Assembly (NCBI RefSeq): GCF_001194135.2
Contig: NC_068992.1
Coordinates: forward strand, 935,951-999,751
Length of the DNA stretch: 63,801 bases
Direction of reading: 5' to 3'
From: Octopus bimaculoides
Lineage: Eukaryota
The position numbers and the translations under genes are program-made. The notes under the pieces are model-generated. The model was not told the DNA's origin and did no database searches. It saw nothing but the letters and a program-made list of their open reading frames with translations. Numbering within the stretch: position 1 is the first letter of the stretch; each line of letters begins with the position of its first letter. Of the stretch, positions 55,562 through 63,801 are shown one piece after another.

Positions 55562-55707
55562 GTGTGTGTGTGTGTGTGTGTGTATATATTAGTGTGTGTG
55601 TGTGTGTGTATATCTATATTAGTGTGTGTTTATGAGTATATGTATAGATATATGTGTGCATATTTAAGTATATATATATATATATATAGATAGATAGATA
55701 GATAGCT

Positions 55708-56035
55708 GAGGACCCAATATTGCAACAGCTTGCGTTTCAGGGTAGGGACCAGAACTGCTTTACATCTTGCGAATGAACCTAAGAGATCTGCAAGGTGTAA
55801 ATGTGGAAACATTCAAAAAGCATTTGAACAAATTTCGATCTGAGATCCCAGATGAGCCCACATCACGGCAGGGGACACAAAGAAGGGCAACTTCGTCCAC
55901 CTCAAGTCTTCACCAAAAAAAAAAAAAAAAAAACTACCGAAAGNNNNNNNNNNTACCGAAAGAAGACACTAAAACGCTGAAAGGTGGTGCTCCGGCATTA
56001 CCCCAGCCTCTGACTGAAACCAGTGTATTAAAAAG
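55708..56035 (+). mobile_element. 3' tail of CR1-group LINE
   Basis: NSLRFR...NLRDLQGVNVETFKKHLNKFRSEIPDEPT is the typical CR1 C-terminus (FK..LD..L..IPDEP), followed by a short 3'UTR with a 10-N gap. Confidence 0.75.
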
Positions 56036-57222
56036 AAGAATATAAGAATATGTATTACATGTGTGTGTATATATATATATACACATATAAATATGTGTGT
56101 GCGTGTGTGTGCATGCGTGTGTGTATGACATAGATACAGAACATAAGTTAATGATATTTCTCTTTTTTTATAATGCATGCTCCAATAAGACCCCATCCAC
56201 ACACACTCACACACGCACATCATAATCTTCAAATGATAACATCAAAATATAAGAAACAAATTAAATGTACTTACATAGCAAAACTTACACCTAGACAAAG
56301 CAAAATTAATTACTTCAGTAATAAATAAAAGATAACAGCGGTTACACGAAACTCAATGGTAACAGAGAAACCATAAAGATATGCAGATATAACTGACGTA
56401 CACATACACACACACACACACGCACGCACGCACACGCACACACGCACACACACATAGACACTCAGGCGTACGTATCATAGAAAATAAAAATAAAAAACTA
56501 TAAATATCGAAACTACAGCAATGAAGATAATGTAAAAAAATAATAGACGCGTAGCTGAAGAGAATAAAGGAAGACAAGTGTTTGAAGACAATAAAAAAAG
56601 ACTTGAAAAATAAATAAAACGGGAAGAGGAAACAGGGTTATACGTAAAGAATCGTAAAGTTAATAACGTAACAAAAATGTACATACGTTTATGCTACTAG
56701 TAAATCCAACGACCGCATCGATAATAAATTAATTGGGGAAGCATTGAGAGACCTGGAGTTCAAAGTACAGAATCATAGACACGAGTGGACATATAATATG
56801 CATTAACGATCTGTAGTGACAAAACATATCAATGGAGCTGCGTCATTTTATGTACAAGTACGCCAAAAAGATATTTAAATAAACATAAAGGAAATCTATA
56901 AACATTAGTATTAATATCAAAACTTTATTACCTATAGCAGAAAAGAATATTAATAACGTTAATAATAAGTTCAACTACCTATTGAATATAATATAATATC
57001 ATATAATATCATATTATAATACACTAACTTAATAGTTACAACAAATTATACATGAGACAAGACTCAATAGATAATTATAGCATTAATATTAGCAAGACAA
57101 GTGACTGAAATTATGATTTCAAATCAATTAAAAAATTATACAAATGTATACATAATAGAAGTGATAGAGACCTACTGATCGGTGGAAATAGATTTCGTAG
57201 TTCCATGAACGACTTAAATATA

Positions 57223-58532
57223 CGAGGGAGCGCTGAAAAGTTCCTAGCCGTTAAGGATGTCGTGAAAGGGTAGGTAGAGCTGTTACGTTTAATGGGGCAG
57301 TAGGACAACTATTTAGTAGAAGATATGAAAAACGTACCATGGTATACAATATACCTTTCTCGCTTTTACAGTTTTAACACATGATGTCAGTGGAGTTTAA
57401 TAAAATTATAGCACTGGCGTTTATGTAAATCCTCTTTTTGCAAGGCAAAGGAGGGGCGAATATCCATGGCAAGACGCAGGAAGTCTTAATGGTTGGCTAC
57501 CCATATTACTCCACAGTGAAAATCTGGGTCTCAAGCTTTAAGACTGGTAATTTCGAGGTCAGCTGTGAACTCCGGTCAGGACGGCGAATTGCCGCGACCT
57601 AAGACAACAAATCCAACGTTGTGCACGCCATTATTCTCGAGGACTACCGGATTTCAGCTAAATTCATATCTGAGAATCTGGGCATTCCCGAGAAAGAGTT
57701 GGCCACACCACCCACAACATTCTGGATGAGAAAGCTTTCCGCAAAATGGCTGACGAAATGCCTGAACGCAGATCAGAAGCGCTTCATAGAAGCGGCATCA
57801 AATAGGGTTTTGTACCGGTTTGCAGCGGGAGAGGCTGATGTTATGGTACGTTTAGACACCATGAATGAAACTTGTCTTCATCATTATGATCCCATACCAA
57901 ACAGTCATGAATGGATGGTGTCACAGCGGTTCACCGCATCTCAAGAGATCCAGAATGGAAAGATTCTGGCTTCAAGTGGAAAAATTCTGTTTTCAGCTGG
58001 AAAGATTCTGGTTTCAGTGTTTCGGAAAAAATGGAGCACTTCTCATAAAATATCTCCCAAAGCGTCGCTCTATCAACGCAGAATACTACATGTCTCTGTT
58101 GGACTAACTGCTTGAAGTTTTGGAGCAGAAACGCCGTGGAGAGCTGAGCCGTGGTTTCCTGTTTTTTGCAAGACAATCCACCAGTACACCCAGCACATAA
58201 AGTGCTACGGAAAATACACAACTTTCGCTTCGAATTGGTAGTCCACCCAGTCTACTCTCCTGACGTGACCATCTCCGACTATCACTTCTATCCACAACTG
58301 AAGAAACATCTCAAGGGAACGAAATCTTACTCCGATTCGGCAGAGATCGCTGCTGAAGAAGCCTGGCTGGAGGCCCAACCTGCTGGGTTCTTTTTACAGT
58401 GCTTAGAAAAACTGAAGGATCACTGCAATAAGTGTTTGAATCTGAAAGGGGAATATGTTGCATAATATCATAATTAACTGATCCTCCTGTATTTTCTTTT
58501 ACCCAAAGCCAGCAACTTTCCAGCACCCCTCG
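57223..58532 (+). mobile_element. Full-length decayed mariner (DD34D) DNA transposon
   Basis: Imperfect ~28-bp TIRs (left cgagggagcgctgaaaagttcctagc; right, reverse-complemented, cgaggggtgctggaaagttgctggc) flanked by TA at 57221-22 and 58533-34; length ~1.31 kb. Broken frames give mariner motifs: RKLSAKWLTKCL (WVPHxL-like), TMNETCLHHYDP (D1 mutated to N), LQDNPPVH, HPVYSPDVTISDYHF. D2-D3 spacing counted as 34. Confidence 0.95.
57621..58465 (+). pseudogene. Mariner transposase pseudogene (frameshifted)
   Basis: ORF pieces 57621-58115, 57865-58107 and 58151-58465 in different frames carry successive transposase motifs. Confidence 0.9.
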
Positions 58533-59825
58533 TACATATTTGGCATCTATGACTTGTTTTTTTGCTAGTCTTTCTTTTCAGAAACAATAGCAAACTAATG
58601 CAATTTCGAAGTCTACCATATTTAACAAAGAGCTAGATAGAAAATGTTTATTATTATTAAAGGTGTGTTTTTGAATAGAATTGCGCGACTTGATCAAGTT
58701 CGTTGTACAAAATTATTATTTGTTTCTTATATGCATTTAGATATTATATTATTTTGAGTGCATTTCTCTTCTACAGGATACATCAGAGATGTTCTGTTGC
58801 AATTACGAGTACTAACAAGTCGGAAAACATAACATTACTATCTAGATTATGATTTTCTGTATGAGAATAGTAAAGAGCATGCTCAATAAGTTATCGGAAT
58901 TATGCTGTTTCTAACGTGAAGCTGTAGGGACAGATTTATGCTTTCCTATCGTCTCACACCTTGTCATACCACTAATCCATCTATACTCAAATGTATTCTA
59001 TTGTTCTCTAGTCTTCTGTCTGTTTTATATACTCTATTTCTTAAATAATTGTGATGGTCGGAATTTTAAAATACAAAAATAGACCATATTCTAGTTAAAA
59101 AATTGGTACTATCTACGTTTCAGCGGAACATAGGCACCAAGTTTTTTGGGGGGCCTTTGATATGCGATGATTCCACTGTTAGAGAATAGTGGATAAAACC
59201 AGGTAATATTCATTCTTTATCATCTTTATAAAGGATTCCACACCAAGTATTAGAATCATGCATCCTTTCTAAATGGACTTCTTGAAATCTCTTCGTCTAC
59301 TGTTGTTTCATTAGATCTATATTCGTCTAATAATCGATTATCGCAAGTGTTACCATCATTTCAGTTATGACTAATTAGTATATCTGCACTTCTATAATTA
59401 GAATATGTAGAAATTCCTAAGTTATCCAGGATCCTGCAGACAACAATATAACATTTCTGAAAGTGGTGTTTGGTTTAGTATTATTATTTGTGTTATGAGA
59501 TACATATCATAGAGTTTCATCGGTGTCTCTAGGTTTATCCAATCAAACAGCAAAATTATTTTTAACAGTGATGTATCTTCTTTTACGTCACGGTCAGGCT
59601 GATGAATTGTTGGAGAAATTCATTCTAATAAAACAACAGTCTCCTAAGCCAAACATATGGCTTTATTTTCTTACTAGTGTCCTAAAATAAACACTAATTT
59701 TTAGTAGATTATTGATCGCACTATGAATGACTTTAAAAAATGCTTCATACAAGTGTCCTAAAAATACTTATTTTTCACGTTATAACCATCAGTAGCTACA
59801 GACGAATTTGTAATATTCGATACAT

Positions 59826-60036
59826 TAAGGCGGCGAACTGGTAGAAATGTTAGCACGCCGGGTGAAATGCTTAGTCGTGGTATTTTGTCTATCTTTACGT
59901 TCTGAGTAAAAACTTCTGTCGAGGTCGAGCTTGCCTTTCAACCTTTCTGGGTCGATAAATTAAGTACCAGTTACGTACTGGGACCTCCCACCCCCCAAAA
60001 AAATTCAGGGCTTCTGCCTAGAGTAGAAAACAATAT
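59826..60036 (+). mobile_element. SINE family A
   Basis: taaggcggcgaactggtagaaatgttagcacgccggg...gtcgataaattaagtaccag. Confidence 0.9.
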
Positions 60037-60307
60037 TCGATATATTGTTATCAAAGACTGCTCGTTAGCGAAAAGGTTTCAAATTTTAATAGAAATATTT
60101 ACAGCTCATCTTATATGAGACCAAGGGTGGTTAAAGGACTTATTAACGTACCCGAGGCATTCATTAGATCCATGGAAACAGCTAGTTCAAATTTAAGGTT
60201 AACAAAGATGTCTACGAAAAAGACACACACAGACACACACGCAAAGAAAGTCTTAAACTATCTGTCGAGGCTTAGCTAATCTTTTCTAAATACAAAAGCT
60301 AAAGCCT

Positions 60308-60428
60308 AGACGTGGCTGTCTGATAAGAGTTGCTTTCCAGCCACTTTGTTCTGGCTCAGTCTTATAAGCAAGTGTTTTCTATTCTAGTCTGTTATCAGAT
60401 TTGGTGGACGAAGACAAAGAAGACCGCC
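60308..60428 (+). mobile_element. SINE family B, decayed head
   Basis: gacgtggctgtctgataagagttgctttccagccac...gatttggtggacg. Confidence 0.55.
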
Positions 60429-60523
60429 ATATACATACATAGGAAATCCACCCCGCAAAAAAATAGATGAACAAACACAAAAAAACAACAACGCGATGAC
60501 GTGGTACATGTAAAGTATTAGCA

Positions 60524-60659
60524 GACGCTCAGGGAAGGACAGAAAGATGGTTTAACGTTTCGAGCAACGCTCTTGTTCAGAAACAGAGGCAAGTCTAATA
60601 GAAAGGAAGACAGAGGAAGAAAATCGCCAACGATTCACATGTGGTTACATTTTGAAATG
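60524..60659 (-). repeat. Penelope-type terminal repeat, copy 1 (contains hammerhead-like motif)
   Basis: Homologous to 61938-62065 and contains gtttcgagc...ctctt.ttcag. Confidence 0.65.
60550..60584 (-). ncRNA. Hammerhead-like motif with G8C core mutation
   Basis: Minus strand reads GUUU-CUGAACA-A-GAGC(GUU)GCUC-GAAAC-GUU-AAAC. Confidence 0.45.
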
Positions 60660-60689
60660 ACCAGTACATACATACATGATGTGATTATC

Positions 60690-61785
60690 GGCCCGTGACT
60701 CGAATCCAATATTGATTTCTTCTCTTGGACGAATATTCGGACCACTTGTGGCGCTGGCGAATGAATGTCGTTAACGAGTCCAATGCTTGCGTATAAAACG
60801 CGATTGGACAGGCCACATGTTAATGTCGGAGTCGGTCGTGGTTACTGGTGTCTGGCTTTCCGTTGGCGTTGTTTATCCACCTCTCTTATTCTTTCTCTTT
60901 CAAATAATGACATTTTTTGTTTATGTTTTGCCAGTTGTTCAAACAGCTGGATACGGTCGTGATGTGATGACGCAAAGTCTATATTTGGTATTACCTTCCA
61001 AGGTTTGGAAAAGGATTAACTTGCTCCATTACTGTCCCCTAAATGATGTTAAAATTCGAAAGGGCGGAATGTAGGGCTGGTTGGGGGAGGACTTGAATTA
61101 CTTTGGTATTTACAGTGAGACTAAAACATTGATACGCATTGGTGAAATTACAGACAGACACTTGCATTTCTAAGCATGGGTCACTTACTTTCACTTTTTC
61201 ATTAGCGTAATGAACTTCTGCGACTCGCTTGGTACTGGTGAGATTCGTTGAGCAAAACAACGCCATGTTGAAGCGATACCTGATATCCACTCCTGGTTGA
61301 TCTGGAGGAAGTTCATAGACCATTGCACCAAAGTATATGGAGAAAAGTGTAGGAGCGAGATGAAAAGTATGTCCAGCCATACCATCGTGCAGGGCGTTGA
61401 TCTGGAAAGCAAAAAGCTCACAACATTGGAAACATTCAAATACCATCCATATGGCTGATATTGTTACACTGTCAAAAGCCTTTTCCAGGTCATAGAAGGC
61501 AAAGAAAAGTGGCGTATGTTGTTAGTCACACCTCTTCGATATCTCCGACAGAGGAAATTATATCTGTTTTAACAGGATGCTCGAAGAACATACTGGAATT
61601 CTGGAACGACTGTTACTGGGATGATTTCAAGACGGTTGAAGTGTGTTCGAGCAAAGATCTTTCCTACAGGAGGAAGTATCGAGAAACCGCGATAGCTTCC
61701 GCAGGATTTTCTATCTCTCTTCTTGAATATACTGATGATATCTGTATCTCAGGTCAGTTGAGACCTGACAAGCAACCCCATCTTT
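60690..61785 (-). mobile_element. Decayed, internally deleted RTE (BovB-like) LINE
   Basis: Collinear minus-strand motifs: IISIFKKRDRKSCGSYRGFSILPPVGKIFAR, AFYDLEKAFDSV, LHDGM, LAPTLFSIYF, EVHYANE (YADD-like), and a terminal TCGLSNRVLYASIGL zinc-finger remnant. Confidence 0.85.
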
Positions 61786-61937
61786 AGAAATGAGTCGAAC
61801 ACTAGTCTGCAGCGGCAGTCCGCGATGTTGCTACCACACGCATGGGATGCTATCTGGTTCCGGGGCTTTACTTGCTTTCATAAACTTACTTGCATTCTAG
61901 AACGCTTGATATGACGAATGAATATTCATTCAATGTT

Positions 61938-62065
61938 GACGCTCAGGAAAGGAAAGAAAGAAGATTTAACGTTTCGAGCAAATCTCTTCTTCAGAAATAG
62001 AGGAAAGGATGACGGAGGAAAAAAAATCACCAGTGATTCAGATGTGGTTACGTATTGAAAAAATG
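61938..62065 (-). repeat. Penelope-type terminal repeat, copy 2 (contains hammerhead-like motif)
   Basis: Direct repeat of 60524-60659, roughly 80% identical by eye. Confidence 0.65.
61964..61998 (-). ncRNA. Putative minimal type I hammerhead ribozyme
   Basis: Minus strand reads AUUU-CUGAAGA-A-GAG(AUUUG)CUC-GAAAC-GUU-AAAU: intact core, stem I, stem II and a palindromic loopless stem III. Confidence 0.55.
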
Positions 62066-63801
62066 CATATATATATATATATATATCTATANNNNNNNNN
62101 NNNNNNNNNNNNNNNNNNNNNNNNNNNNNNNNNNNNNNNNNNNNNNNNNNNNNNNNNNNNNNNNATATATATATATATATATATATATAATAAATCTCTG
62201 AACGAGGTATAAACAGTAGCAGCACGACAACGTGAAGTATATTTGCCACTTAAATGCGGCTAACCCTTAAGGGCGAATGCTACTGTAGCTTGTAGCCCCA
62301 GGAGAACATCTCCTCCAGCTGGCTATTGGCACACTTTCTATTCCCTGTCGGTATATGCAGAAGGATCATTAGTAGCAAATATTCCCTAACATGTCTACAG
62401 GTGCATAAAACAGTGATTTTCAAGTACCTGGTGCCGTAAAGGAACTGTGGATAAGGTCTAATATATACGTGATGCTTTCTTTAAAAGAATATAGTTATAT
62501 TGAGGCTTTCTTACTGTACAATCACGTTTCACGTTAAATAATCTTCAATTAACTTGTCAGAATGTCTACAGTTAGTGCATGATGGTAGGCATTTTAAGGA
62601 CTGGCCTCATGTTTGCCAGACGAAAAAAGCACTCGCTTCATCCTATATATAGCAATGAATTGTTAAATCTTAGGCAGTGTAAACGGGATAAATTCGTGTT
62701 TTTATGTGTATCTGTTAGCCTACGTATATGTTTCGGTATGTGTTTATTCGTGCGTCTGTTTGCTTGTGTATATGCGCGTGTGTGATAACTTTAATGACTG
62801 TTTTCATATATAATTATCCATAGAGGGAAAGAACTCATGAATAAAACAACAATATTGCGTGATGACAGTCGCATTATTAGTTTATCGAACAGCGATCTAT
62901 CTTACAACAGCCACATGTCTTGTTGTTAATGACAACATAGTGTACGATCAATATTCGTTAAAATTAACATTACAAAAACATTTTCCATTCTCCCATGTTT
63001 TTTTATTGATTCCAATAACGATCGAACTTGAGGAAAGAAAGCAGGATGATAACTTTCATGATGATGACAGCAATCGACTCACAAGTGAAAGCGAGAAGTA
63101 TCATAATGTGTCTTCATCTTTTCGAGATGATGATCGATAGGATGGTGTTGTTGATGATGATGATAAGGACGACGACGATGGCGATCACGATTATGATGAT
63201 GGTAATGGTGGTGATAATGGCGGCTATGCCGATGTAATTACGATGAAGATTCTGATATCGATGTTGCGGTGGCTGTTACGTAAAAAAGTCATAAATGGCA
63301 CTAACATGAAAATAAAGAAACCAATAAACTAATGTTTATATCACTTTAGATAAAACCACAGAAATGTTTCCATCTTCTGTGGCAATCTATTCGTTATGTG
63401 CGACGAGTTTTGTTTAGTTGCCTTGCATTTATCTATGTCGATGTGTAGGACTACCTACCTATCTGTCTGTCTGTCTGTCTGTCTCTTCTCACGGACGTGC
63501 TGTCACATCGGCTGCGAAGGTAAACGTTTATTTGACCATTTACTGTCCACATTTTGTTGGTATTTTTAAATAATTTTGTTGCGAAGCACCTAGGTTTCAT
63601 TTGTGTGTATTTTCAAGGGCAGGAATTGGCCCCCAGGGGCAGTTTCGGCCCTAGCAAAATACAAAAATTTCCTTCTTGACATTTGAAAAATGTCGAGAAA
63701 CATAATTTTGGAACGCTTGTCTTGTTCTTTTGACAAGCATTTCCCGAGGCTTCAGATGCCAGAAGAGAAAAAAGAACAGAATAGCGCGTACTCACACAGT
63801 G

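Noticed and set aside
59100-59500. Minus-strand coding-like relic (CRILDNLGISTYSNYRSADIL)
   Set aside because: It is probably old transposon debris, but I cannot assign a family.
63620-63801. GC-rich hairpin-like ggcccccaggggc near the window end
   Set aside because: Possibly a DNA-transposon end, but it is truncated by the window edge and no partner TIR is visible.

Overview
AT-rich, microsatellite-saturated eukaryotic DNA with 12 N-gaps. The SINE families and repeat load resemble an octopod cephalopod (Octopus-like); this is inferred from recalled repeat consensi, not from a search. I cannot recognise any host protein-coding gene: nearly all ORFs in the track are microsatellite or gap read-throughs or transposon debris. 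The window reads as intergenic or deep-intronic sequence. It contains about 15 SINE copies (3 families), one full-length decayed DD34D mariner with TIRs and TA TSD, two further Tc1/mariner remnants, R4/Dong-type, RTE and CR1 LINE fragments, and Helitron ends. The most interesting unexplained structures are: (1) two minimal hammerhead-ribozyme-like motifs in direct repeats 1414 bp apart, with a compensatory stem-I pair; (2) a 68-bp near-perfect inverted repeat with one A-C mismatch; (3) inverted SINE pairs that could form dsRNA; (4) a GC-rich insert with a 6-bp duplication inside a SINE; (5) local duplications; (6) a few orphan exon candidates. No clearly new multi-gene system is supported.
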